From positions 4,216,001 through 4,280,000 of the forward strand of contig OZ024749.1 of NCBI GenBank assembly GCA_964016885.1: a DNA stretch of 64,000 nt, given 5' to 3'. The notes below the pieces were generated by a model, which searched no databases, was not told the origin of the DNA, and was given only the letters and a program-made list of their open reading frames with translations. Positions 1 to 12,479 of this stretch are shown piece by piece. Made by a program: the position numbers and the translations under genes. Position 1 is the stretch's first letter, and each line of letters begins with the position of its first letter. Origin of the DNA: Eledone cirrhosa. Taxonomy: Eukaryota.

Positions 1-101
1 TAATGGAAAAGTTGTATGAGGTTGGTTTATGTATTTCATTTATGAGATACTTGGTGTGAAATAATTTATGAAAAAAAATATATATATTGGGTATTTTACC
101 T

Positions 102-207
<106 letters not shown>

Positions 208-212
208 TATAT

Positions 213-325
213 AGTGACGAAACATAAGTCAATTGCATGAACCGATAATCCTTTATTTACTGCTATATATATTTCGATGATAGCCATTGAATGGCTATGA
301 CCTCATCAGGCAGTTAGTCAGTTAT
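213..325 (-). mobile_element. 3' terminal fragment of non-autonomous PLE-like family A (other copies at 8572 and 49202)
   Basis: AGTGACGAAACATAAGTCAATTGCATGAA... starts right after (TA)n at 213, 8572 and 49202; carries an HHR on the minus strand. Confidence 0.7.
259..314 (-). ncRNA. Minimal type I hammerhead ribozyme, intact core
   Basis: Minus strand: ACTGC-CTGATGA-ggtcatagccattcaatggctatcatc-GAAA-TATATA-TA^GCAGT. Stem I ACTGC/GCAGT, stem II ATAGCCATT/AATGGCTAT, palindromic loop 3. Confidence 0.75.
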
Positions 326-577
326 TATATATACATATAACCGGGCGATGCGTTATGTCCGTGTGCAATACACTTTATTTTACGTTGCTCCTTCTACCTG
401 GAGTTGCGACCGATAAATAGTATTACCAATTGGAAAGACCAATGGAAACACTGTTTCCTCGGTCCGATTTGAAGAAAGTCGATCGACTGTCGATATATAT
501 ATATTGGGAAGGTGTTGTTGCTGACCAAGACACACTAGAAGTTGACGTCAATTTTCCTTCAGTTATGAATTAGTTAG

Positions 578-783
578 TTGTTGTATCGGTAGAGCATCGG
601 ATAACATGTTTTGGGGCATAGAGTCACGTCCATTTAATTACTCTGTTCACATCTCGCTGACGTTACCATTCATCTTTACGAAGTCGATTACATGACGTAT
701 CAGTAACGCACTACGTTCGATTTAATAGACTTTCACCTTGCTTTCAAATTACTGGCATTGAATGACATGTAGAAACAATTACT
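578..783 (+). mobile_element. Octopus-type tRNA-derived SINE (degenerate)
   Basis: GTATCGGTAGAGCATCGG head and GTAGAAACAATT tail match the better copies at 1326, 12709 and 18287. Confidence 0.65.
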
Positions 784-1325
784 AGTTAGGTAAATGTATT
801 TGGTAGACAACTAATAAAAAACCGAAGTTTAACTCAGCATGTGAAAGTGTTTTATTGACAACGTGGTATGAACGCCGTTTGAAAATGCTTGAAGAAAAAT
901 ATATAAAATTTGGTATATGAAATATAGAACCACATAATGGATGTATTAAACTGAAAGTCTCAGGAGAAGTTTGTCATAATAAAGATTCTTGTGAAGATAT
1001 TCTATTTTCATAGTTATTCCTGGTAATATTGGGAGATTTTACTAATTAGCGACTAGAGAGTTAAGCAGTAATATTCACTCAACAGTATAGAGCACTGTCC
1101 ATGACCTATGCACTATGATATAGATAATGTAATTATCAGATCAATAATGTCTACTCTATTGCAGTATTGGATGGATTTCATACAGAAATAATCTACAAAT
1201 AAACTTAACTTATGAAACATGAACTAGTGAGCTAGAACAAACACCGAATCAGATTTAATCCCACTTCTTAAGCACTTTATAATTAAAATACTGCTATCAG
1301 AGTATTGTTATTACTTTTGACATAG

Positions 1326-1548
1326 GGCGGTGAATTGGCAGTATCGGTAGAGCGTCGGACATCTTGCTTTGCGGAATAGAGTTACGGCCTTTTACATCAT
1401 CAGTTCAATTCTTGCCGAGCTTAGCTCAGTCTTTCTTCCTGACGGAGTTAACACATAAATCACTAGTAATACACTGAGGTCGATTTAATCGACTTTTCCC
1501 TCCCCTTCAATTGGGTCTAAAGATTGTGTCTAAAATAGGAACAATTAT
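1326..1548 (+). mobile_element. Octopus-type tRNA-derived SINE
   Basis: GGCGGTGAATTGGCAGTATCGGTAGAGCGTCGG A-box head, AGTTCAATTC B-box, GTCGATTTAATCGAC hairpin, AACAATTATT tail. Confidence 0.8.
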
Positions 1549-1577
1549 TTCTTGTGACATAAATTGCCCACAACTCA

Positions 1578-1968
1578 TTAGTGTGTGTGTGTGTGTGTGA
1601 GTATATGTGTGTGTCTGTGCATGGGTGTGTGTGGGTCTGCGTGTGTGTGTGTATATAGGTGTATGTCTGTGCATGAGTGTGTGTGTTTGTATGAGTGTGT
1701 GTCTGAGTATATGTGTGTTTTTATATAAGTCTGTGTGTGTGTGTGAGTATATGTGTGTTTGTGAATGGGTGTGTGTGTTTTTGTGTGTTTGTGTATGTGT
1801 GTGTTTGTGTATGAGTGTGTGTATGTGTTTTTGTATGAGTATGTCTGTTTGCGTGTGTGTGTGTGTGAGTATATGTGTGTTTTTGTGTATGAGTATGTAT
1901 GTGTGTGTGAGTATATGTGTATGTGTATGAGTATGTGCGTTCGTGTATGAATGTGGGTGTGTGTGTAT
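1578..1968. repeat. Compound (GT)n/GTAT microsatellite
   Basis: Directly visible; explains the VC/TH ORFs. Confidence 0.95.
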
Positions 1969-2174
1969 TCGAATTCACTGAGTTGTGGGTAATTTATCAC
2001 AAAAGAAAGTACAATTATTGACACCCACTTCTAGTTGTCTGTTGATGCGATAGCTGCGAATATGGCAGAATGGTTTGAGCATCACGCTCAACTTGTTTCT
2101 TTATTGCTGACCATGTTGTGAAGCAAGTGAACCTCCAGAGCAACAAGCCTCGGTACTTGACCTTAATAAAATGA

Positions 2175-2227
<53 letters not shown>

Positions 2228-2234
<7 letters not shown>

Positions 2235-3105
2235 CAACTAGAAATTGATTAATATATAAATAAAGATATGAAACAATCACAGGGGATAATTTTTACAATG
2301 TGTAAGCACACATAGCTAGGTAGGTAACTAAATAAAGTTAACTAGAACTTCACAAATAGATACCTTATGAGATAACTTATTGTTTCTCATGTTTATTTAT
2401 ATGTTAATCAATTTCTAGTTGTTATAAAATGCTCGGACCTATTCATTAGAATCTTGGAGCTTATTTTAGGGGTGATATGGCGCATGCCTTTCTGGCATGA
2501 AACCCATAATTTTGATTTAGATTAAATTCATTTTGATTTATCTAAATTTTGGATATAGATATATGAATACGGCTCCTTAATTGTAGAGCTAACTCTGTTG
2601 AAAAGACTTGACTGCTGTTTCTCGTTGTCGATAACTCTATTCACACTACTGCGACGAAGCTGGTATGATGTGTGTATTTATAGTAGATACAGCACGTGTT
2701 ACTGGCCAGTCGCTGATTTGAACTTAATGCTTAAACAGAGATCACTGGTCTTCTTCTTTGTTGAAAATCCAAGTACCAGCCTCCGTCGTTTGCCATTCGA
2801 TTAATTGGTGAAATATATTTATTTAATGGAATATATACAGGGAAGATTAATCATATTATAAGGTATCTATTTCTGAAGTTCTAGGTAACTTTATTTAGTT
2901 ACCTACCTAGCTATGTGCGCTTACACACTTGTAAAAATTATCCCCTGTGATTGTTTCATATGTTTATTTATATGTTAATCAATTTCTAGTTGTTATAACA
3001 AGCTCGGACCTATTCATTAGAATCTTGGAGCTTATTTTACGGGTGACATGGCGCATGCCTTTCTGGCATGACACCCATAATTTTGATTTAGATTAAATTC
3101 ATTTT
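2228..3105 (+). mobile_element. Non-autonomous fold-back element, family B (inverted arm plus direct terminal repeats)
   Basis: 2228-2367 is the reverse complement of ~2857-2998; ~2385-2530 is directly repeated at ~2958-3105; flanked by (TA)n; second copy at 39972-40680. Confidence 0.75.
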
Positions 3106-3107
3106 GT

Positions 3108-3214
<107 letters not shown>

Positions 3215-3239
3215 AGATATATATATATATGTAGGAGAT

Positions 3240-3489
3240 GAGTTTTATTGTAGCACAATAAAAAAAGAACACTCAACAGTTTATTGGACAGGAGTATATA
3301 TAAGAAGAAATTAACATATGGTTAAAAGAGTTCCATCTATTTTGTTATGCGCATTTCAAAAACCAATGTCATCCAAGGACGATATTTGCGTTCTCATCAG
3401 ATAAAATACTGAGGCATGATATGATGCTCGATGATATTTGTGCGCATAATAAAATACATGGAACTTTTTGAACCATCATTTAATTTCTT

Positions 3490-3495
<6 letters not shown>
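3240..3495 (-). mobile_element. Mini fold-back PLE-like element, family C
   Basis: Arms ~3296-3352 and ~3440-3495 are inverted; unpaired tail 3240-3295; related copy at 43370-44800; (TA)n flanks. Confidence 0.7.
3338..3408 (-). ncRNA. Minimal type I hammerhead ribozyme
   Basis: Minus: TATTTTAT-CTGATGA-gaac...gttttt-GAAA-TGCGCA-TA^ACAAAATA. Palindromic TGCGCA loop; one stem I mismatch. Confidence 0.65.
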
Positions 3496-3532
<37 letters not shown>

Positions 3533-3606
3533 CGAAGGAAGTGGTAAGGAACCAGATGGACCATAACGCACCAGATTACTCAAAACTTAGGGTAGTAGAG
3601 TGGGTA

Positions 3607-3667
3607 ATAGGAAAATGTTTGACCCCGTCGGGTTGAGCTCTGCCGTCGGGGTCAAACATTTTCCTAT
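3607..3667. repeat. Perfect 21-bp inverted repeat (hairpin, 19-nt loop)
   Basis: ATAGGAAAATGTTTGACCCCG (3607-3627) / CGGGGTCAAACATTTTCCTAT (3647-3667). Confidence 0.9.
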
Positions 3668-3720
3668 ATGTATATTAAATCAAAATATTAACAAAATACA
3701 TATTTTTGTGATCAATTATC

Positions 3721-3783
3721 TTTTGTTATACATATTTCAGAGGTACTGAATTAAGTTCAACAGTACGTCCTCATCAGATAAAA
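3721..3783 (-). ncRNA. Minimal hammerhead ribozyme in the PLE 3' end
   Basis: Minus: TTTTAT-CTGATGA-ggacGTACTG..CAGTACctct-GAAA-TATGTA-TA^ACAAAA. Confidence 0.65.
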
Positions 3784-5826
3784 TAAAATGATACATGACA
3801 TACCCTGACAAGGTAGATGGTTAAGTATTAATCAAGGAAGTGATTAACTTATGACAACATTCAATATTTATACCCAAATATTGAGAACATGAGATAACGT
3901 AATACAAACGATAGAGAGAGTGCGAGTAATATATTTTAAGAAATACATGGCAGCAATATACCAGTTATAACATTTTTAATTTTTAAAAACTATTAGAGAA
4001 AGAGGAAGGGAAGGAAAGCATAGAAGAAAAACAGCTAATGTGATAACATATTTAGTATGTGGCTTGAGAAGTCAGATGAAAGATGATTAAAGAGAGAGAG
4101 AGACAAAGGGGAGTAATTTATGTTCAAGTTTCTATATATTTCTATATAATAAAGTAGGCGGTTAATTTTCAAAATATTTAATTTATGTTATTTCTGGGTA
4201 AATAATCATATTTTAGGTTTTAAAAGTTAATAGGTATTTGTATTAATATTATAATATAATTATGTTAAATTTCTAAAATTCATCCTTTATGAAAACAAAT
4301 GTAAAGGATTTACGAAACACGAGAAAGAAATATATATAATGTTTTATATCCCCACGAAGGTGACCTTTACCAAAATTACTTATAAAATTGAATAATTTTA
4401 TGAAAACAAATTTAAAGGAATTACGAAACACGAAAAAGAGAATATATATATATAATCTGTTATATCCCCACGAAGGTAATTTTACCAAAATTACCTATAA
4501 TATTGAAAACAGTTTTTATAATAGAATTTATAATATAATTATAGTTATAATTATTAAAGAGTTTATTGTTAAATAGTTTCAGTGCCTAAAGTATCAACCT
4601 GCCTTATAATTAAACTTAAAGAAGTCAGAATTGTCAACTATATATATGTATTGAACATGCTATACCAAGATTATAGTTTATTATTTGTTCATAGTTGAGG
4701 TGATACCTTTCTAATATAAATAATATATTATTATTATTGTATTACAAAAATGTAGTAATGCAATATAGTAAATAATTTCCTGAATATATTGCTCAAAATA
4801 TATACAGTTAAAAATAATGTTCAAAAATTAATTTTTTATATCAATTATTTTCATTTAGTTGATATATACTATAAATATATAAGTAAACAACTATATGAGT
4901 CCTGGTGATAGAGGTTAGATACAAAGTAAGTAAATATACAAATAAAAGAAAATGAATTATTTGTGAAATTTAAAGATGCCCAAAATTAGGAATAAAGGCA
5001 ATATTGTTTTAATAAAGAATATAAAAGATATCTCTAAAATAATTTAGTGAATGTGATATAAAGAAGCGCTGAATATTTGAAAAAGCTGAAGGGAATCTAA
5101 ATTTAATTAAAATAAAATAAAATAAGTTAAATTCAATTATATTATATTATTCTATATTGTATTAAATAAATGATTATATAAGTTCGACCTTCCAGGGAAA
5201 ACCAAACACTTATAATAATATATAGTGTCAGTTAAGTGTCTAAATTATTTATAAATGTAACTACAATTATGTTATTACACTAGATAAAGTTATTTGTACA
5301 ACTACATATAGATATAATTATAGGTATTAATAAAAAATAATTATAATCATTGTTAGTAATGCTATAATTATAGTTTTACCTCCAGTTCAGTGGAGAGATA
5401 GACCATTATTTGTCAGATATTATGGATTGTTAAATTTATACCTAGATATACATAAAAAAACAGGTGCAAATCTAATTTTCTCAGTCTCCCAAAACCTACT
5501 CAAAATGAGTAATATATATATATATATATATAAAATATGCAAACGCATGAATGATCCACAGTTCAAATCATGATCAGTAAATTTACAATTTAGATAACCA
5601 AACTATATATTTAAAACAGATACAGAAAAATCAAAGTCATAAATATCCAAAAAATCATAGGGTATGTATATCTATCAAGAAAATAAGTCATCAAACAAGT
5701 GTCCTTCATTCAAACATTAATTCTATTATAAATGATTATAAGATAAAGCATTATTAAAGTTTTATAAACCGTTATGACTTATAAGATCAACAGTTGATAA
5801 GAGACGTCAAAATCAGGCTTGATTGT

Positions 5827-6860
5827 TTACTGTTTTTTCCGGACCATTTGCGAGGCTTGGAATGTAGACAAAGCTTTATGAAGGCAGTTTGAGAATAATT
5901 CACTTTTTTTGTTAATTAAGTTTTCATAATTATTAATTATTGATAGGGTCTCCTTTGTACAGAGGTTGCAGTTAATTGATATTGAAGTATTTGGTATATT
6001 ACAAAGCTTCGTCCAAAAGATCGAGTATTTTAAATGTTTGTCTTTTAATAACCTTATAAACTGTGATAAAGAAGTCGAAGACTTCCTATTAAAATTCGAG
6101 AATGAGCGTTTGTGATTGGCAAATCTCGATTTAAATGTCGAAGAAGTTGCTCCTATGTAGTTGTATGTGTTGTTATTTGTTTTTACGGTGCATTTATACA
6201 CCAGATTTCTATCCAGACGATTATTTTGCAGAGGGCAATCTGGTTTATTTCTACAATTGCATTTTGAGTTATTATTATTTATATTAACACTATTATTAAT
6301 ATAATTATGTTGATTATGATTTTGATTTATAATTATACTGTTTACTTTAGCGATGGTTTGGACCATAATCATAGTTGTATAATAAGACAGTTTAATTGTG
6401 TGTCTATTAAATATGGAATGGTATTTATGTTGACTAGGGAATAAACTATCTAAAGCTTAAAAAAATAGACTAGCTACAGAAGCAGCGGGGGCAAACCATA
6501 TAATTGATTTAGTTCTGGTTCTTTTTCCCCGATTTATTCACAATACGGGTGTTTGAATTACAATTATTAGAATTGATAGAATTTCGTTTATCTTTGCAAT
6601 TATTTTTATCAGGTTTAAAACTCGGATTATTATTGTCTATATATTCTATATTATTTGTCTAACCTGCCTATTTTTGGCGCATCATTGTAATATCCTGCAT
6701 TTTCATCAAATATTGATTTATTGGCAGATATTATAGTTATGCGTCTCTGTATGCTATTTACAATTGCTTTTTACACTGACTTAGGGTGATTAGAGTAATA
6801 ACAAACGAAATTAAAGTTTTCATTGGGAGTATGGAAAGGGTAATAAAAAGCAGAGTTTAA
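5827..6860 (-). pseudogene. PLE RT thumb plus GIY-YIG endonuclease (disrupted)
   Basis: 6860-6680 translates YYPFHTPNENFNFVCYYSNHPKSV*KAIVNSIQRRITIISANKSIF (PLE thumb). ORF 5827-6372 has CNCRNKPDCPL, LVYKC..YIGATSSTFKSRFANH and C-terminal KSELFSNCLH. Confidence 0.85.
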
Positions 6861-8156
6861 GTATAACATTCACTAAATTATTTTAGAGATATATTTTATA
6901 TTCTTTATTAAAACAATATTGCATTTATTCCTAATTTTGGGCATCTTTAAATTTCACAAATAATTCATTTTCTTCTATTTGTATATTTACTTATTTTGTA
7001 TCTAGTTCCTATCACTAGGACTCATATATTTTTTGACATATCTTTATAGTATATATCAACTAAATGAAAATAATTGGTATGGAAAATTAATTCTTTAACA
7101 ATATATTTAACTGTATATATTTTGAGCAATATCTTCAGGAAAGTATTTACAATATTGCAATACTACATTATTGTAATATAATAATAATAATATATTATTT
7201 ATATTTGAAAGGTATCACCTCAACTATGAACAAATAATAAACTATAATCTTGGTATATTATGATCAATACATATATATAGTTGAACATTCTGACTTCATT
7301 AAGTTTAATTATATGGCAGTTTGATTCTTTAGGCACTCAAACTATTTAACAATAAACTCATTAATAATTAATACTATAATTATATTATAAATTATATTAT
7401 AAAAACAGTTGTCAATATTATAGGTAATTTTGGTAAAGATTTCCTTCGTGAGGATATAAAATATTATATATATATATTCTCTTTCTCGTGTTTCGTAAAT
7501 ACTTTAAATTTGTTTTCTTAAAATTATTCAATTTTATAAGTGATTTTGGTAAAGGTCACTTTCGTGGGGATATAAAACATTATATATATATATATATATA
7601 TTTTTTTTTTCTTTCTCTTATTTCGTAAATCCTTTAAATTCGTTTTCATAAAATATGAATTTTAGAAATTTAACATAATTATATTATAATATTAATTCAA
7701 ATACCTATAAACTTTTAACATCTAAAATATGATTCTTTACCCACAAATAACATAAATTACATATTTTGAAAATTAACCGCCAACTTTATTATATAGAAAT
7801 CTATAGAAACTTGAACATAAATTACTCACCTTTGTGTCTCTCTCTCTCTTTAATCATCTTTCATCTGTCTTCTCAAGCCACATACTAAATATGTTATCAC
7901 ATTAGCTGTTTCTTGCTCTATGCTTTCCTTTCCTTCCGCTTTCTCTAGTAGTTTTTAAAATTAAAAATGTTATGACTGGTATATTGCTGCCATGTATTTC
8001 TTAAAATATATTACTCGCACCCTCTGTATTGTTTGTATTACGTTATCTCATGTTCTCAAAATTAGGGTATAAATATTGAATTTTGTCATATGTTAATCAC
8101 TTTCTTGATTATATCTTAACCATCTACCATGTCAGGGTATGTCATGAATCATTTTA

Positions 8157-8219
8157 TTTTATCTGATGACAACGTACTGTTGAACTTAATTCAGTACCTC
8201 TCAAATATGTATAAAAAAA
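8157..8219 (+). ncRNA. Degenerate hammerhead (GAAA>CAAA) in the inverted PLE arm
   Basis: Inverted partner of 3721-3783: TTTTAT-CTGATGA-..GTACTG..CAGTAC..-CAAA-TATGTA-TA. Confidence 0.55.
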
Positions 8220-8357
8220 TGTAATTGATCACAAAAATATGTATTTTGTTAATATTTTGAATTAATATTAATAACACTGGAAAACATTATTGTAGAGTGC
8301 TTCCTATCTATTGTAAAACTCATTCTTTGATGTATTCATTGAATCTTGTTTAACTCT

Positions 8358-8450
<93 letters not shown>

Positions 8451-8571
8451 TAGATATATAGATCTGTACTATACACATAACTCTCTATCCTTTACCTTTT
8501 CTACAGAAATACATAACACACACACATACACAAATACAGAAACACACACACACACGCGCATATATATATAT

Positions 8572-8720
8572 AGTGACGAAACATAAGTCAATTGCATGAA
8601 CTCATAATCCTTTATTTACTGCTATATATGTGTCGATGATAGCCATTGAATGGCTAAGACCTCATCAGGTAGTTAGATATGCCAGCTCTGTGTTTATGGT
8701 GTTGATGGTACCAGACCCTT
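8572..8720 (-). mobile_element. Family A terminal fragment with degenerate HHR (8618-8673, GAAA>GACA)
   Basis: Near-identical to 213-325. Confidence 0.7.
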
Positions 8721-8723
8721 AGG

Positions 8724-8754
<31 letters not shown>

Positions 8755-8766
8755 TACACACACACA

Positions 8767-8909
<143 letters not shown>

Positions 8910-9341
8910 CAAGTCTACTCCTTCGTCATGGTCCTTTTGGTGGTTTCCACCTCCGTGAAACGGGTTACCCTGATGACCTTCAAGAGCTGGTATAATATGT
9001 GCACCATTGTAGATATAAATACACACAATATTATAGTTTAACATGTAAACATGCATGAAAATACGAATGATAACATCTTTAATTGATTTTATAAATGCGT
9101 GTATATCATCTAAATAAACACGTTTCGTCACAAATGGACTAATTGTACACAGATACAGCTTTACCACACAGCTCTGTTGTTATCACACTTATTATAATTA
9201 ACTACCAATATGATCTCTAATTATACGGAACGGTCTCCTTTTTAGAATAACACTAATATCCCAACCCGTAAACCAATAGAAACATCGTAGCATTGTATTT
9301 GTCTACATTGTTATTGTGCCCATGTCAATTCTCTATGCATA

Positions 9342-10480
9342 TATGAGGTGTTTCAGAAATTTAACAGGACTGGGGTCACAAAAATTATTATTCAAATCCA
9401 AACTATAAACCATAAGTTTCCCCTTCGAAATAATCCCCCCTCGAGTCTAACTAACTTTCCCATCCTTTTCCGCCACACATCCATGGAATGATTATCCCGG
9501 GATTCTCCGCAGCTGTTTCGTCACGCCCCCCCCCCCCCCCCTATGGCTGCCACATGTCTTTTCTTGATAATTCACTTAAGCTGATTCAGTTTCAAGACAC
9601 TGGAGGATGTCCTGACACACTTGCATGCGCCGCTCCTTCGGGTCATCGCTCAGTTGTTTCGCACCATATTTGGACTGATCTTCCGCATGCCCAAATTGTC
9701 GTTGATAATCGTGCAAACAGGTCGACTGATGAAATGACAAGTTGTTCAATCATATTATTGTCTCCCCACAGTCCCGGCCGGCGGACAGTATAGAGAAGGC
9801 GTTTTCCCGGAGGACGGAGGGGGAGACGCCGTGGAAGAGCCATTCCAACTCGCGAGGCAGGAGAAAGTGTCGGTGCAGGCGGCATCCCAGACAGGGGCTT
9901 TGTCATCCCGGAATGGGAAGATGGTCATACCTACTGACCTTTTGCCGTCCCCTCGGTCCAGTCCCACCGCCTCGAGCTGGGAAGGGAAGCCGGCAGCGTC
10001 CAATCCATGCTTTATGACAGTTGAGGGGAGTGTGGCGTGGAAGGCGGGCGGCACTGTGGTGACAGGAAAGCGGTTGGAGGCCGAAGTTTCAGGACCATTT
10101 TACTTGTGTTCAGTCAAACAGTCAGCCGACAATCGACACTCACCACCTGCCTCACGTGCCCAACTTTGGCATCAGTCCTGCTCCTTGAAGACCTTCCGCT
10201 CTACAGATCTTCTTTCATGAAATCATGACCCTGTGTTACCCGAAAGCCCGTGAGGGCGGCAGTGTCTCGACTCCGTACACCTGCTGCAGTATTCCGACTT
10301 ATTTTGACAAAAAGCTTCAGTCTTTCGTTGCTCTGTTCCCATCGCGCACCAATCTAACATCGAGAAGCTGTTAACAGAAGCACATGAGGAAATATACAAT
10401 GGTTGCAGAGAGCTGAGACTGCTGATGTATTCTCCGCGGATATAACGGCACACAGTGAATATTAATACATACATGTGTGT
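9342..10480 (-). mobile_element. Mariner transposon relic, internally deleted and interrupted
   Basis: Minus-strand pieces read MGTEQR (ATG 10342), ILQQVYGVETL, SRTDAKVGHVRQVVSVDCRLTV, LGMRKI..KQLSDDPKERRMQVCQDIL and VWRKRMGKLVRLEG/DYFEGETYGL* (stop ~9403). TA-TGAGGTGTTTCAGAAAT..GACTG TIR-like end at 9342. The upstream boundary is approximate. Confidence 0.8.
9762..10110 (-). mobile_element. CRE-clade LINE fragment (restriction-like endonuclease domain) nested in the mariner
   Basis: SCHHSAARLPRHTPLN/VIKHGLDAAGFPSQLEAVGLDRGDGKRSVGMTIFPFRDDKAPVWDAACTDT resembles the CCHC plus RPDG..WDAT RLE signature. Confidence 0.75.
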
Positions 10481-12479
10481 GTATATATTTGTATGTATAT
10501 GGTCTTTCTGATATATAAACATAATTGATAAAAAGGCAGACAGACGGGATTTGATTCAGGAGAAAATCTATTAAATCGAAACCATCGTTTTACTCCTATT
10601 GATTTACGAAAATATCTAAGCCGATGTTGAACTCACTGACATTTGAACAACCAAAGTAAACAACCAGTTCAAATACCACGCAGGATTTTGTCGTCTGTAC
10701 TTGCTGAGTGATACATAATTCGTATGATTCTACCCGAAATAAGGATACAACACGTGCAAATAAATGTCTCTTATGTATCTATAAATGTACAACCTTATGC
10801 AATACGCATTTTTTTTTTCTGCCTGTGGCTCCGATGCCCTCCTTCATAATTATCACGCTATCATTAATAGAGCCATTGTTTATACCCACAAACTCTGCGT
10901 TGAGCGAAGCCTTATACTCATCTCTTACGATAAGCAGGGATAGAGTGAATCTATCCTACACGCGATACATACACATGCTTTTAGTTATAATGTCGAGTTT
11001 AATCCATAATAGGATATCGAAAAATAAGCTGTCATATAGAGAAACCAGCAAAACAGTATATGTTATTCTGATAGAATGTGACTACAAAAAATATCAGTCA
11101 TATTGAAATATATAATCATGACATCTCGATAAAAAAATATTCCCTCATATTCCATATTAAAGATTGTAAATATTCGCTTTGTACACTGTGGTCTGCTGTA
11201 AAGGTGACCTTAATACCATTTCAATCGTTTAAAAGCAAAGAATATTTCCAAAAAATTATTTTGTCTTTTGTTTCTCTTCTTTATATCACTTAAAGAAGAC
11301 TAATGCCGCTTTATCATTTTTTGTTTGTATTTTTATTTGTTTTTTTTATTGTTTTGTTTTTCTCCTTTCGAGTCAATAATATTTCTTTCAAATTTCTCAT
11401 TTTGAACGTCCAATCGATATTGCAATACTATTGAACCATCTGAGCAGAAGTGTAAACACAACCGGCTTTCTCTTCTCTTCATATAAGATTATGGTTCAGT
11501 CGAACGGTTTTTTCTCTCTTTACGCCGTTACCTGTTTGTATAAATGGCGGGGTTTCCGATATTTGTTACTGATAAATATTTCATTAAGAGAGGAAATGTT
11601 ATAGCATGATATTTCCACCAGACTGACCTTTTCTATTGTAAACAGCTTGAACTCCCCAAAATTGTTGAACATCATTTGTAATTTTAATTTGATATATTTC
11701 TCAGGTTCATAGCAGAAAGAATGTGATTGGGAAGTGCCGCTTAAATCTTTTGTGGAAAATCAGCGATGCGTTACCAACGATAACACAACAGGAGAAGACA
11801 ATAAAACAAAATACCGAGAGAAAAGGAAAGGAGAATCGCAAGCAGAAAGATCTAGAAACACTAAAAAATATATATATAATAATTACTAGCAGAAATCTTT
11901 TTTCGTTAAAGTATTGTTTTATAAACTCTGAAAGAATATTAAACTTTATCCAAATAAGCGGCACAATATTTGTTCGAGTTATTAAGAACTTTAATGTAAT
12001 TACCATTTCAGTTTTGCAAATATTTTTTTTTCGTTCTTTCTAAATTGAATTAGCTACTAAACATATTTGTTAATAAAAAAAATTATAATAACACTTGATA
12101 GATTTTCTTTCTGTTTTTCTTCATGTTCTGGTTTTTATTCTGTGCTTAATAATAGCAAATGAAAAAATATAGCTATTGACTTAATATTTTTCTGTTTTCA
12201 CAGAAAATAGATGACAAAGCTATTTCTTGTGAAATTTGTTTAATATTTATAAATTTAAAACAACCAAAAAACAAAAAAACAAACAGATTATTTATGATTT
12301 ATATCATCTCTTGTAGTCGTCCACATATTTATATTATAAACGTCTTATGTTGATCTTTTTATACTTTCCATTTTTTAAATGTTTTAGTCAGAGTCCAAAG
12401 ATCAGCTTCAGTTATCTCTATTAAAAGAGCGAGATATGTGAAAGAGGCCAGAAAACATCCTCATATGAGAGATTTAACA

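Larger units (their letters stand above)
3671..8325 (-). mobile_element. Penelope-like element (Hydra-like), 5'-truncated, with ~1.4-kb inverted pseudo-LTR arms
   Basis: ~3671-5055 and ~6862-8268 are diverged reverse complements; RT-thumb and GIY-YIG remnants lie between them; an HHR sits at each outer end. Confidence 0.85.

Noticed and set aside
1326-1420. tRNA genes
   Set aside because: The A/B boxes belong to SINE heads; no cloverleaf.
2580-2645. CTGTTGA..GAC/GTC..GATA as a family B hammerhead
   Set aside because: Two core mismatches and an offset stem I.
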